The position numbers and the translations under genes were made by a program. This document shows positions 24,022 through 33,318 of a DNA stretch of 38,148 nucleotides, piece by piece. The notes under the pieces are model-generated. The model was not told the DNA's origin and did no database searches. It saw only the letters and a program-made list of their open reading frames with translations. Position 1 is the first letter of the stretch, and every line of letters starts with the position of its first letter. This DNA is from a bacterium (GTDB taxonomy: Bacteria; Patescibacteriota; UBA1384; CAJBMM01): NCBI GenBank assembly GCA_027364665.1, contig DAHXOW010000044.1:1-38148 (forward strand). Direction: 5' to 3'.

Positions 24022-24213
24022 AAGTCACATACTTATTACAAACAGGAAAAATGTTATCCGGGGCAAATTTCGCTCAGCTTGTTAGATTTTATGATTAATA
24101 TTTTTAAATTCGGATTCTAAATTCCTTAGTGTTTTGTCACAACCACTGTCATAAGATGAGTACCTTATTATGTTATTTTTTTTCAGATTGCAGACAGATG
24201 AAAACTAAGTTTT

Positions 24214-24987
24214 CTAGGTAAGGACACGGTGTCCTTTATCGGTCACCAGAACAGTATGTTCGAAATGGGCTGATAGCGACCCGTCCAAAGTTCTTACGGT
24301 CCAATTATCTGATTCTGTGCGGATTCTCCAGTCGCCGGTTGTGGCCATTGGTTCAATGGCAATTGTTTGACCGGTTTCCAAGACAGGACCGTCTCCCTGT
24401 TTTCCGAAATTTGGAATGTTCGGTTTTTCGTGGACAGCGTGTCCGACTCCGTGTCCAACCAAATCACGGATTACTCCTAGGCCGTTTTTTTCCAATTCGT
24501 TTTGTATTGCCTGACTGATTTGTCCTATATTGTTACCGGGTTTAACCTGACTGATACCGGCCTGAAGTGACTTGTATGTTGAAATCATCAGCTTCTCAAT
24601 TTTATTTAAGTTCGTTTTTGTTTTTAATTGATCAACGGTAATTATCCGGCCCTGATTGAGCCAGATCGTGGTTGCACTGTCCGTGTAGGCTCCATGATAA
24701 TTAACTCCGGCATCAATACTTATTAAATCGCCGTCACGAACTTGTCGTTTGGAAGGTATTCCATGAACAATTTGGTCATTAAAAGACAGGCATAGTGTTG
24801 CTGGAAAGCCTTGAAAATATTTAAACGCTGGTTTCCCGCCAGACTTTATTATCAGGTTTTCGGCTAATTTATCTAGTTCTAATCCACTGACTCCAATCCG
24901 AACATGATTGATAACTTCTTTTATAACCTGATTTAATATTTTTCCCGATTGTTCCATCAATTCGATGTGTGACGAACTATTTTCCAT
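24214..24987 (-). CDS. map: Type I methionine aminopeptidase
   Basis: Metal-ligand contexts DLISIDAGVNYHGAYTDSA, VGHGVGHAVHE, IAIEPM and FEHTVLVT. Confidence 0.93.
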   Translation of the reverse strand: MENSSSHIELMEQSGKILNQVIKEVINHVRIGVSGLELDKLAENLIIKSGGKPAFKYFQGFPATLCLSFNDQIVHGIPSKRQVRDGDLISIDAGVNYHGAYTDSATTIWLNQGRIITVDQLKTKTNLNKIEKLMISTYKSLQAGISQVKPGNNIGQISQAIQNELEKNGLGVIRDLVGHGVGHAVHEKPNIPNFGKQGDGPVLETGQTIAIEPMATTGDWRIRTESDNWTVRTLDGSLSAHFEHTVLVTDKGHRVLT

Positions 24988-25660
24988 TTGTATTGGTCCT
25001 TGGATTATTCTGATTGATCGCTATTTCAATTTGTTCGGCTATTTGTGAAATTGTCGGGCTGGCGTCGATCATTACCAACTCGGAACTTTGCTTCAAATAA
25101 TTAATTAACGGTTCTGTTTCCTGATGGTATAGATTTAGTCTGGTTTGAATAGCCTCTGCCGTATCATCTGTTCTTTTGATTAAGGGATAACCGTCGTATG
25201 GACAACGTCCAAAACGATATGTTATTTTTGCCAATAAACTGAGATTTTTTACTTCCTCACCGTAAACCGTTGTTTGGCAATGTGAACAAATTAGACGATT
25301 AGTTAGTCTCTTTATGCTCAGTGAGTCACTTAACTCAAGATAAAGAACAAGCCGGTGATAATCCTTTAAGTGCTGAATAATGAATCTGGCTTGCTCAATG
25401 TTGCGTGGGTATCCGTCGAACAGCAAATTTGCTTTGGGATGTTTTTGAATTATTTCGACAACTGATTTATCCAGAATTTGGTCAGATAACAATTGTCCGG
25501 CTTTGATTTCTTCCCTGATTTCCTTGTGTTTTTTAGCTAATTTTCTGGCTATATCGCCACCCGCGATGCTGATAAACCGATGACGTTCAAGTAAAATACT
25601 TGCCTGTGTCCCTTTGCCGCTGCCTTGTGGTCCGATCAAAAAAACCGCTAATTTCTCCAT
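24977..25660 (-). CDS. adk: Adenylate kinase
   Basis: P-loop GPQGSGKGTQ, LFDGYPRN, and a LID region with CSHC...RCPYDG. It overlaps map by 11 nt. Confidence 0.92.
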   Translation of the reverse strand: MEKLAVFLIGPQGSGKGTQASILLERHRFISIAGGDIARKLAKKHKEIREEIKAGQLLSDQILDKSVVEIIQKHPKANLLFDGYPRNIEQARFIIQHLKDYHRLVLYLELSDSLSIKRLTNRLICSHCQTTVYGEEVKNLSLLAKITYRFGRCPYDGYPLIKRTDDTAEAIQTRLNLYHQETEPLINYLKQSSELVMIDASPTISQIAEQIEIAINQNNPRTNTNGK

Positions 25661-25677
25661 GATCTTAATTTAGCACA

Positions 25678-26319
25678 TCAAAAGGGTGCCGTCACTTTTA
25701 CGGGAGACCAAACACCTTTCGGGCCTTTTTCCAGCGGTTGATCCAAATAGACTGTATATAAAATACCGTTATGTGTTACTTCAACGACAGCAGTTCCGTT
25801 GTTATAATCAATTGACTTTTGAACATACAAATCACCGGCGGCGAATTGAAATTGAGCTAGCAGTGGAGACATTTCTACTACTTCAGTCGGAACCAATCGG
25901 TAGGCAAGCTGACCGGTTCCGGCATCCGCATAACTCTGAGCTTCCTGTAGAACTTGTTTTTCCTCATCGTCTGGGGTAATTATGTAGGTTTTGGCTTGAA
26001 TCGTAAAAGCTTCGTTTTTATCAGGAATTTTTAAAATTTGGCCGGCTTCCAGATTAGCGTTGTCCGATAAGCCATTGAATTTGGCAATGGTGTCCCAAGG
26101 TATATAAAAGTGTTGGCCAATAGTATACAAACTGTCGCCTGTCTGGACAGTGTATAAACTATAAGTCGGACTGGCTGCTTTGTTAGAAACAGTTGTTATG
26201 ACGGTATTTTTTTTGGTGACGGGTTGTTTTTTGGCTGGCTGGTGATTTTTATAAAGCAGGTACACTAAAATTGCCGCAACAATAATTGCCGAAATTAATA
26301 AAATGCGATGACTCTTCAC
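25678..26319 (-). CDS. Membrane-anchored LysM-domain protein with an uncharacterised C-terminal domain
   Basis: N-terminal TM helix (ILLISAIIVAAILVYLLY). The LysM motif is YTVQTGDSLYTIGQHFYIPWDTIAKFNGLSDNANLEAGQILKIP. About 110 further residues belong to no family I recognise. GTG start. Confidence 0.8.
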   Translation of the reverse strand: MKSHRILLISAIIVAAILVYLLYKNHQPAKKQPVTKKNTVITTVSNKAASPTYSLYTVQTGDSLYTIGQHFYIPWDTIAKFNGLSDNANLEAGQILKIPDKNEAFTIQAKTYIITPDDEEKQVLQEAQSYADAGTGQLAYRLVPTEVVEMSPLLAQFQFAAGDLYVQKSIDYNNGTAVVEVTHNGILYTVYLDQPLEKGPKGVWSPVKVTAPF

Positions 26320-26325
26320 GCCAAA

Positions 26326-26334
26326 ATTATATCA
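26326..26334 (-). promoter_or_regulatory. Extended -10 element (TGATATAAT) in the 20-nt secY/LysM gap
   Basis: The minus strand reads TGATATAAT (26334-26326), then 6 nt (tttggc), then the GTG start at 26319. There is no SD. Confidence 0.4.
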
Positions 26335-26339
26335 AAGAT

Positions 26340-27641
26340 TTAATATTTATCGTAACTACTCATAACTAGTTGAGCATCAATTTGCATCATTGTCTCAATA
26401 ATTACTGCCACGACAATTAAAATCCCGGTTCCTCCCAAAACAAGGCTTTGGTCTCCGGTCCATAATGGGACGATCACCGGCAAAATAGCTACTAAGCCTA
26501 AGAAAATTGAACCTATAAAAGTAATTCTGGATACTACAGATCCGATATATTTAGCAGTTTCCTGCCCTGGTCTTATTCCTGGGATAAATCCGCTTTGTTT
26601 TTGCAAATTCTCGGCAATCTGAGTCGGGTTCAAAATAATTGCCGTGTAAAAATAGGTGAAGAAAATAGTTAGAATAAAATAACTAATACCATAAACCAAA
26701 GCATTTGTTTGAGAGGAAAATGTATTGGCTAACCAGGTCGCAGAAACGGCTAACCAATGCGTCTTGACGTTTTCCAAAAATCTTCCGAGTAATTGTGGCA
26801 CCATTAGAACAGAAATTGCGAAGATAATCGGTATCACGCCGGCAGTAGTAACTTTGATTGGCAAATATGTGCTTTGGCTGTCTTGCGTAGTTAGCCCCGT
26901 CGATCTTCTGGCATAAATGACCGGTATTTTCCTGATGGCATCGTTCATGGCAACAATGATCACAATTAATATAATGGCCGCTAAAACGAAAGCTAGAGTT
27001 GAGTATAATTGTTGAAAATCAATTGATCCGCCAGTAAAGATCAGAGTATATTTCTGAATCACGGTTGTTGGGATACTGGCTAAAATGCCAAAAGTGATTA
27101 TTAACGAAACTCCATTACCTATTCCGTTTTCTGAAATTATTTCTCCGATCCAAAGCATTAGCATTGTTCCGGCTGTTGCTGTTGCCAACATGGAAACCAA
27201 TTGCGGAGTTGTCCACGAGGCGATGATGCCCTGATTTTTTAACAACAGAAACATCGCGTAAGCTTGTATAACAGCCAGTGGAGCGGTTAGATAGCGCATG
27301 TATTGATTGACTTTTTGCTGTCCATAATCACCCTCTTTAGACAATGCGTCTAAGGAAGGAATAACCGTACCGAGTAATTGAATGATGATTGTTGCAGTAA
27401 TGTAAGGTCCGACTGACATCAAGACAATAGAAAATTGTGCCAGTGAACCGCCCGAGAAAATATTTAGCAAGCCAAAAGCTTGATTCTGCGGATTACTAAA
27501 GAAGTTTTGTAGGCTCGTTTGGGTAACTGCAGACAAAGGAATATGGACCAAAATACGAGTCACTAACAAAAGAACTGTTGTAACAATCAGTCGCTGACGA
27601 AGTTCACTTTTGATAAGTAATTTTTGCCAGAATGATAACAC
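26340..27641 (-). CDS. secY: Preprotein translocase subunit SecY
   Basis: 433 aa and polytopic. Motifs include GLLNIFSGGSLAQFSIVLMSVGPYITATII, GEIISENGIGNGVSLII and the C-terminal IETMMQIDAQL. Canonical position after rplO. Confidence 0.95.
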   Translation of the reverse strand: MLSFWQKLLIKSELRQRLIVTTVLLLVTRILVHIPLSAVTQTSLQNFFSNPQNQAFGLLNIFSGGSLAQFSIVLMSVGPYITATIIIQLLGTVIPSLDALSKEGDYGQQKVNQYMRYLTAPLAVIQAYAMFLLLKNQGIIASWTTPQLVSMLATATAGTMLMLWIGEIISENGIGNGVSLIITFGILASIPTTVIQKYTLIFTGGSIDFQQLYSTLAFVLAAIILIVIIVAMNDAIRKIPVIYARRSTGLTTQDSQSTYLPIKVTTAGVIPIIFAISVLMVPQLLGRFLENVKTHWLAVSATWLANTFSSQTNALVYGISYFILTIFFTYFYTAIILNPTQIAENLQKQSGFIPGIRPGQETAKYIGSVVSRITFIGSIFLGLVAILPVIVPLWTGDQSLVLGGTGILIVVAVIIETMMQIDAQLVMSSYDKY

Positions 27642-27645
27642 TTTA

Positions 27646-28044
27646 TTAAATATTCTTTAGTTTGTGACTGGTTAATAAATCATCTGCTAAATTAAATTTG
27701 GCGGTCATCTGAGTAGCGCCGATAATCTTAACCGGACGATCGATTCGTTCGATTAGTTTTTTATCCCAGAGCAATTCTTTAGTAATGGTTGTATTTTCTT
27801 CAAAAATATCTTGTAGTTGCTTCCAGCTAACAGTTTGCGGTTTATGAATTCGGCTAACCGTACCGTGAATCTTAGGCAGTCGTTGCATTAATGGAGTCTG
27901 TCCACCCTCGAATCTTTTTGGAATACGATAGCCTGCTCTCGATTTCTGGCCTTTTGTTCCCCGACCGGCGGTTTTTCCACCACCAGCAGAGATGCCGCGC
28001 CCTAAACGTTGTTTTTTAATAGTATGAATTCCAACCTGGTTCAA
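27646..28044 (-). CDS. rplO: 50S ribosomal protein L15
   Basis: [26 protein letters not shown]. The TTG start overlaps the rpsE stop (TTGA). Confidence 0.93.
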   Translation of the reverse strand: MNQVGIHTIKKQRLGRGISAGGGKTAGRGTKGQKSRAGYRIPKRFEGGQTPLMQRLPKIHGTVSRIHKPQTVSWKQLQDIFEENTTITKELLWDKKLIERIDRPVKIIGATQMTAKFNLADDLLTSHKLKNI

Positions 28045-28496
28045 CTGGTTCCTTTCTTCTGATGAAATTTTTGCAAAGCCAGAACGGTAGCCGCAACAAT
28101 GTTAACGGAGTTGCTTGACCCGAGTGATTTGCTCAAAATATTTTTAATACCAGCTAATTCGACCACTGCTCTGACTGCGCCTCCGGCGATAACAGAGGTA
28201 CCTTTCCCTGCTGGCATTAAAATTACTTTGGCTCCAGCGTGTTTCGCTTCAACTTCATGAGGAATTGTTTCATTTATGATCGGTATTTCGATTAATTGTT
28301 TTTTAGCTGTGCTGACAGCTTTTGTGGTGGCTGACATAACGTCACCTGCCTTACCGAGGCCATAACCCACCCTGCCTTTTTTGTCACCGATAACAACCAA
28401 GACCCTCGAGCGCATTCTTCGTCCGCCTTTTACCACTCTTGAAACACGGTCAACGCTGACAACTTTCTCCTCAAATTCCTTATTTGGTTTATCCAT
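28041..28496 (-). CDS. rpsE: 30S ribosomal protein S5
   Basis: [38 protein letters not shown] and [25 protein letters not shown]. Confidence 0.95.
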   Translation of the reverse strand: MDKPNKEFEEKVVSVDRVSRVVKGGRRMRSRVLVVIGDKKGRVGYGLGKAGDVMSATTKAVSTAKKQLIEIPIINETIPHEVEAKHAGAKVILMPAGKGTSVIAGGAVRAVVELAGIKNILSKSLGSSNSVNIVAATVLALQKFHQKKGTS

Positions 28497-28511
28497 TTTT
28501 TCTCCGTCGAT

Positions 28512-28805
28512 TTAAAACTTAAGGCCTTTTAATCTGGCCCCTTCAGCTAAAGCCTTGATTCGTCCGTGATAACGAAAGTGGCCACGATCAAATTTAATTG
28601 CCTCTTCCTTTAGTTTTCCTGCTGACTCGGCAATAAGTTGGCCAACCCGATTGGCTTTTTCGGTTTTATTAATTTTTTCGGTAATTTTTCTATCATCTGC
28701 GGCTGCCAATGTGTGTCCTTTTGCATCGTCGATCAACTGAGCATAAATATGCTTGCTTGAACGAAATACCGATAATCTAAGTCTTTGTGTCTTACCTTTG
28801 ATCAT
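28512..28805 (-). CDS. rplR: 50S ribosomal protein L18 (short N-terminus)
   Basis: RLSVFRSSKHIYAQLIDD and FDRGHFRYHGRIKALAEGARLKGLKF. Confidence 0.93.
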   Translation of the reverse strand: MIKGKTQRLRLSVFRSSKHIYAQLIDDAKGHTLAAADDRKITEKINKTEKANRVGQLIAESAGKLKEEAIKFDRGHFRYHGRIKALAEGARLKGLKF

Positions 28806-28806
28806 T

Positions 28807-29343
28807 TTATGCCTTTGTTGCTTTTCCTGCTTTTCTTAATACGATTTCACCAACGTAACGTATCCCTTTACCTTTGTAGGGTTCCGGTTTCTTTAAGGCT
28901 CTTATTTGGGCTGCGGCTTCACCGACTCTGGCTTTATCGATGCCACTTATTGAAATTATGTTTTTTTCAACTTTAAAATGTATTTGGTCTGGTTGTTTAA
29001 TTTTAATCGGATGCGAAAAACCCAAATTTAAAATTAATTCATCACCTTGTATTGCGGCTCGGTAACCAACGCCCTGTATTTCCAATTGGACGTTATATCC
29101 TTTAGTAACGCCTGTGATCATATTGGCAATCAAGGTACGCATTAAGCCGTGTTGTGCTCTGGAAAAGTCGCTGTCATCTTTTCGATTAACCAAAAGCAGA
29201 TTGTTCTTTGTCTCAAATGTAATTTCCTCAGGTAATTTTTGCTGCAGCTGGCCGTTTGGTCCATGAACCGAACAAATCAGGCCATTTTTCTCAATCGTTA
29301 CCTGATCAGGTATAATTATTGGTTGTTTTCCGATGCGGGACAT
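28807..29343 (-). CDS. rplF: 50S ribosomal protein L6
   Basis: MSRIGKQPIIIP and the C-terminal PEPYKGKGIRYVGE. Confidence 0.95.
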   Translation of the reverse strand: MSRIGKQPIIIPDQVTIEKNGLICSVHGPNGQLQQKLPEEITFETKNNLLLVNRKDDSDFSRAQHGLMRTLIANMITGVTKGYNVQLEIQGVGYRAAIQGDELILNLGFSHPIKIKQPDQIHFKVEKNIISISGIDKARVGEAAAQIRALKKPEPYKGKGIRYVGEIVLRKAGKATKA

Positions 29344-29351
29344 ATTTACTC

Positions 29352-29762
29352 CTACCAGACTTCACAGATTACTTCGCCGCCCATATGCTTAGAAAAAGCT
29401 TCTTTCCCGGTAACCAAGCCGGACGAAGTCGAAATAATAACTGTTCCGTTGCCACGAAGTGGTCTGGGAATTCTTTGATGGTCTACATAGACTCGTCGGC
29501 CCGGCTTACTGATGCGCTTAATCGAATGTACGGCAGGCTCAGTAGTATTATTGGTCTTCCCGGTAAACTTTAAGGTAAGTATTAATCTGGCAACTGGCTT
29601 AGCAGTTTTATCGATTTGGACAGATTCTAAAAAACCCTCTTTTTTAAGAATATCGGCTATTGCCAACTTTAATTTCGAATACGTTACATTAACCGTTTCT
29701 TTTCTGTTGCTGGCAGCATTTCGGATTATCGTTAAAAAATTTGCGACTGGATCAGTAATCAT
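29352..29762 (-). CDS. rpsH: 30S ribosomal protein S8
   Basis: MITDPVANFLTIIRNA... and the C-terminal GGEVICEVW. I set the start at ATG 29762, which has a GGAG SD 7 nt upstream. The track start at 29777 would overlap rpsN. Confidence 0.95.
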   Translation of the reverse strand: MITDPVANFLTIIRNAASNRKETVNVTYSKLKLAIADILKKEGFLESVQIDKTAKPVARLILTLKFTGKTNNTTEPAVHSIKRISKPGRRVYVDHQRIPRPLRGNGTVIISTSSGLVTGKEAFSKHMGGEVICEVW

Positions 29763-29770
29763 TATTTCTC

Positions 29771-29956
29771 CTACCAACTTGACTTAGTAATACCTGGTAA
29801 TTGGCCGTTGGAAGCCAATTCGCGGAAGCAAATACGGCACAATTCAAAATCTCGCATAACCGCCCGTGGCCGACCACAAACCCGGCAACGGCGAATGATC
29901 CGGGTTGAAAATTTGGGAGGACGACTTGCTTTAACGATCATCGAACGTCTGGCCAT
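29771..29956 (-). CDS. rpsN: 30S ribosomal protein S14, short zinc-binding (type Z) form
   Basis: 61 aa, with [23 protein letters not shown]. Confidence 0.95.
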   Translation of the reverse strand: MARRSMIVKASRPPKFSTRIIRRCRVCGRPRAVMRDFELCRICFRELASNGQLPGITKSSW

Positions 29957-30508
29957 TTATGCTCCTTCCTGATTTTTCGTAAAAGGAAAACCGAGTTTTT
30001 CAAGTAACGCCATACCTTCAGAATTTGATTTGGCGCTGGTCTGGATACTTATTTCTAGACCATGTATTGTTTTGATTGACTCATATGAAATCTCATTAAA
30101 ATATGATTGTTCTCTAAATGCCAGGGTATAATTTCCATGGCCGTCAAATGAGCGTCTTGATAATCCTCTAAAATCGCGAACCCGGGGAATTGTAATACTG
30201 ATTAATTTTTCCAAAAAATCGTACATTTTTTCGCCTCTAAGCGTCACCATAGCACCGACTATTTGGTTTTGACGTATTTTAAAGGCGGCAATAGCTTTTT
30301 TGGCTTTTGTTAATACGGGTTTTTGTCCAGAGATTAAGCTCAAGTTTTTAACAATCTCGTCTTTTGTTTGAGCATTGTTCATCTCGCCCCTTCCGACGTT
30401 TATAACAACTTTGATCAATCCCGGAATTAATTCTCGATTCGGGTAAGAAAACTCTTTCTGCAATTCTGGGACAACTTCCTTTTGATATTTTTCTTTTAAA
30501 CTATTCAT
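29957..30508 (-). CDS. rplE: 50S ribosomal protein L5
   Basis: MNSLKEKYQKEVVPELQKEF..., ITIPRVRDFRGL and GNYTLAFREQSYFNEI. I set the start at ATG 30508, 4 nt after the rplX stop. The track's longer 30601 start lies inside rplX. Confidence 0.95.
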   Translation of the reverse strand: MNSLKEKYQKEVVPELQKEFSYPNRELIPGLIKVVINVGRGEMNNAQTKDEIVKNLSLISGQKPVLTKAKKAIAAFKIRQNQIVGAMVTLRGEKMYDFLEKLISITIPRVRDFRGLSRRSFDGHGNYTLAFREQSYFNEISYESIKTIHGLEISIQTSAKSNSEGMALLEKLGFPFTKNQEGA

Positions 30509-30512
30509 AATT

Positions 30513-30830
30513 TTAATCCAAGATTTCTTTACATTGCCGACATATTCTAACACGTTTACCGTCATCGAGCAATCTGTGGCCGACTCGCGCTCTGCGACCA
30601 CAATGTGGGCAGACGATCGCTAAATTGGAAATATTAATCGGGCGTTCAACTTCTTGTATTCCACCCTGAGGTAAATTATTGCTTGGTCTTAAATGACGTT
30701 TAACCAGATTTAATTTTTCAACTAAAACAAGGCGTTCTTTCGGAAAGACTCTGGTTACTTTTCCTTTTTTCCCTTTGTCTTTGCCTGTTAAGACATAAAC
30801 ATTATCGTCTTTATGAATTTTAACATTCAT
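30513..30830 (-). CDS. rplX: 50S ribosomal protein L24 (with CxxC...CxxC knuckle)
   Basis: KOW motif DNVYVLTGKDKGKKGKV. The C-terminus is CPHCGRRARVGHRLLDDGKRVRICRQC. Confidence 0.95.
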   Translation of the reverse strand: MNVKIHKDDNVYVLTGKDKGKKGKVTRVFPKERLVLVEKLNLVKRHLRPSNNLPQGGIQEVERPINISNLAIVCPHCGRRARVGHRLLDDGKRVRICRQCKEILD

Positions 30831-30831
30831 T

Positions 30832-31206
30832 TTATAAAACCTCCGGTGCCAGGGATATTATTTTCATAAACCCGTCTCGCAATTCTCTTGGTATTGGCCC
30901 AAAGATTCTGGTGCCCTTTGGAACCCAGCCGGTTTTTTCCTTGTTAATTATAACCGCTGCATTTTGGTCAAAGCGGATGTAGCTGCCGTCGGCCCGGCGG
31001 AATGGCTTTGTTTGCCGAACTATTACTGCTCGTACGACTTGTTTTCGCTTAACAGAACCGTTCGGGGTTGCTAATTTTACCGAAGCGGTAACAATGTCTC
31101 CGATTTGGGCTCCGCGGCTTGAAGTGTTTCCGAGAATCGTAATTACTCCCAACTCTTTAGCGCCGGTGTTGTCTGCGACGATTAATTTTGTTTCAGGTTG
31201 AATCAT
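30832..31206 (-). CDS. rplN: 50S ribosomal protein L14
   Basis: [18 protein letters not shown]... and [11 protein letters not shown]. Confidence 0.96.
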   Translation of the reverse strand: MIQPETKLIVADNTGAKELGVITILGNTSSRGAQIGDIVTASVKLATPNGSVKRKQVVRAVIVRQTKPFRRADGSYIRFDQNAAVIINKEKTGWVPKGTRIFGPIPRELRDGFMKIISLAPEVL

Positions 31207-31448
31207 TGCTTCTTTTCCTTAATCGTTTTGATTGTCCAGGCTTTCTTTTTAGAAACCGGTTTGCTCTCGATAATCTCAACAATGTCTCCGGTTTTTACCT
31301 CAAATCCTTTACTATTGACTAATAAATGATTGGTTCGACTGAAACGCTTATGATATTTCGAATGGATTATTTTGTCTTTGATAACAACACGGACTGTTTC
31401 CTGTCCGCTGATTCTGTCCACTTCTACAATTTGACTTGTTGTATTCAT
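31203..31448 (-). CDS. rpsQ: 30S ribosomal protein S17
   Basis: [27 protein letters not shown].....[21 protein letters not shown]. Confidence 0.93.
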   Translation of the reverse strand: MNTTSQIVEVDRISGQETVRVVIKDKIIHSKYHKRFSRTNHLLVNSKGFEVKTGDIVEIIESKPVSKKKAWTIKTIKEKKQ

Positions 31449-31648
31449 GGTCTCACCTCGTGATTAACGGTTTCCAACCTGGCAATTTTTTTTCTTAATT
31501 CTTTGACCTGATTAGTTTTTTTATCTTTTTGCAGTGATATGGAAACCTTTAGTCTGACCAGATCGTCCTTCATTTTCATGATTTCCTTGCTAATCTGCCC
31601 GTGATTACTGTTTCTCCACTGTTGTAAAAATTCCTGATTCTTTTTCAT
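31445..31648 (-). CDS. rpmC: 50S ribosomal protein L29
   Basis: 67 aa, helical, with L..E...L...L..LK.......K....QVKELRKKIARLET. Located between rplP and rpsQ. Confidence 0.9.
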   Translation of the reverse strand: MKKNQEFLQQWRNSNHGQISKEIMKMKDDLVRLKVSISLQKDKKTNQVKELRKKIARLETVNHEVRP

Positions 31649-31650
31649 CT

Positions 31651-32067
31651 TTACTCTACCTCGTCCTTTATGACGAACTTACTAGCCATAGGCAATTTAT
31701 GCTGGGCAAGCCTCATTGCTTCCTTAGCGACTGATTCGTCTACTCCATCCATTTCAAACAAAACGGTTCCTGGTTTTACGACAACCGCAAAATGGTCAAG
31801 GCTGCCTTTTCCTCCGCCCATTGTTTTTTCGTTGCCGCCTTTTGTAATTGGTTTGTCTGGGAATATTCTGATAAAAACTTTTCCTCCGCGGCGGATATAT
31901 CTAGTCATTGCTCGTCGTGCCGCCTCAATCTGTCTGGAGGTTAACATGCCTCGGTCAACGGCTTTAATTGCAAAAGTTCCAAAATCAACCGATAATCCTC
32001 TGGTTGCTACGCCAGCCATTTTTCCGCGTTGTACCTTACGATGTTTAACTTTCTTCGGCAGTAGCAT
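31651..32067 (-). CDS. rplP: 50S ribosomal protein L16
   Basis: [18 protein letters not shown] and [24 protein letters not shown]. Confidence 0.96.
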   Translation of the reverse strand: MLLPKKVKHRKVQRGKMAGVATRGLSVDFGTFAIKAVDRGMLTSRQIEAARRAMTRYIRRGGKVFIRIFPDKPITKGGNEKTMGGGKGSLDHFAVVVKPGTVLFEMDGVDESVAKEAMRLAQHKLPMASKFVIKDEVE

Positions 32068-32686
32068 CTGTTTCTCCTAAATATATCCAAACTTTTATAC
32101 CAATAACTCCATAAGTTGTCATGGCGCGTTCTTGAGCGTAATCAATATTGCTTCGCAGAGTGGATAAAGTGGCGCTTCCTTGCGCCATTTTTTCTACTCT
32201 GGCAATCTCAGCGCCGTTTAAGCGCCCTGCAACGTTTATTTTTATCCCTTTGACACCGGCGGCCATTGCTTTTTCAATTGCCTGGCGCATTGCTCTGCGA
32301 TATGAAACCCGTCGTTCAATTTGTGAGGCAATATTTTGAGCCACTAACGTCGCGCGGGCATCGGCTTTTTTTATTTCTTCGATATTTAATCTAATTCGAG
32401 ATCCGGCAATTTTTTCCAACTCGTTTTTTAAATCAGTGACCCCTGATCCGCTTCGTCCGATTATCAAGCCCGGTTTGGCTGTCTTGATTGTTATGTTGAT
32501 TTCATTGGTTCCGCGAGCTATCAAAATAGCGGCGACGCCAGCGTTCTTATATCTGGCAGTAATCATTTTTCGGATTGCTAAATCATTATGCAATAACTTG
32601 GCATAATTATGTTGGCTGAACCATTTAGATTGCCAGTCCAGATTTAAGGGCAAGCGAAAACTGATTGGATTAATTTTACGCCCCAT
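32045..32686 (-). CDS. rpsC: 30S ribosomal protein S3
   Basis: [14 protein letters not shown] domain [11 protein letters not shown], and [10 protein letters not shown]. Confidence 0.96.
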   Translation of the reverse strand: MGRKINPISFRLPLNLDWQSKWFSQHNYAKLLHNDLAIRKMITARYKNAGVAAILIARGTNEINITIKTAKPGLIIGRSGSGVTDLKNELEKIAGSRIRLNIEEIKKADARATLVAQNIASQIERRVSYRRAMRQAIEKAMAAGVKGIKINVAGRLNGAEIARVEKMAQGSATLSTLRSNIDYAQERAMTTYGVIGIKVWIYLGETDATAEES

Positions 32687-33026
32687 GTTGCTTCTCCTTC
32701 TGATCGGTTAGGCTGATGTATAAATGCGACCAATGTTTATTAATCGGTTTACTCGAACCATGAGCGGCAAGAATACGTCTTTTTAATTTCTGTCCCTCGT
32801 TACAGTAAGCACGGCTTATGGCTAAATTATCTTCCTCAATGCCCTTTTCTTTTGCAGAGGCGATGGCCGATTTTAAAGTCTTCAAAACATCTCGGGCGCC
32901 TTGTCTGGGGACGTATTCCAATTCATTCTTCGCTCTGGTGACTGACAGTCCGTGAATTGCCGCCAAAACCAGACGAATCTTGCGCGGTGCAGTTCTAATG
33001 TTCTTACTTTTAGCGGTAACAATCAT
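32676..33026 (-). CDS. rplV: 50S ribosomal protein L22
   Basis: [22 protein letters not shown] and the C-terminal [18 protein letters not shown]. Confidence 0.94.
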   Translation of the reverse strand: MIVTAKSKNIRTAPRKIRLVLAAIHGLSVTRAKNELEYVPRQGARDVLKTLKSAIASAKEKGIEEDNLAISRAYCNEGQKLKRRILAAHGSSKPINKHWSHLYISLTDQKEKQHGA

Positions 33027-33307
33027 TTCTTCTTTTCCATTTCAGCGGCTTTCTTTCCGCCGTGTTTTTTGAATTTACGCGTCGGAGCAAATTCGCCTAA
33101 TTTGTGACCAATCATATCTTCAACGATATATACCGGGACATGAATTTTCCCATTGTGTACTGAAATGGTTAACCCGACCATCTCCGGGAAAATCGTAGAT
33201 GACCTGCTCCAAGTTCGGATATTGGCTTTTTCTCCTGGTTTTACAGCTTGAACTCTGGCTAACAACTTGGCTTCGATGTATGGACCTTTTTTAAGTGATC
33301 TGCTCAT
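33023..33307 (-). CDS. rpsS: 30S ribosomal protein S19
   Basis: [33 protein letters not shown] and [16 protein letters not shown]. Confidence 0.96.
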   Translation of the reverse strand: MSRSLKKGPYIEAKLLARVQAVKPGEKANIRTWSRSSTIFPEMVGLTISVHNGKIHVPVYIVEDMIGHKLGEFAPTRKFKKHGGKKAAEMEKKK

Positions 33308-33318
33308 GATATTGACCT

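Noticed and set aside
30509-30601. Longer N-terminal extensions offered by the ORF track for rplE (30601), rpsH (29777), nusB (11556) and the murF-like gene (6410)
   Set aside because: In each case the extension overlaps the preceding conserved gene. An internal ATG reproduces the family-typical N-terminus with an SD or a stop/start overlap.
31670-32080. 136-aa plus-strand ORF
   Set aside because: It is antisense to rplP (L16), has no SD or promoter, and has a low-complexity composition. It is a shadow ORF.
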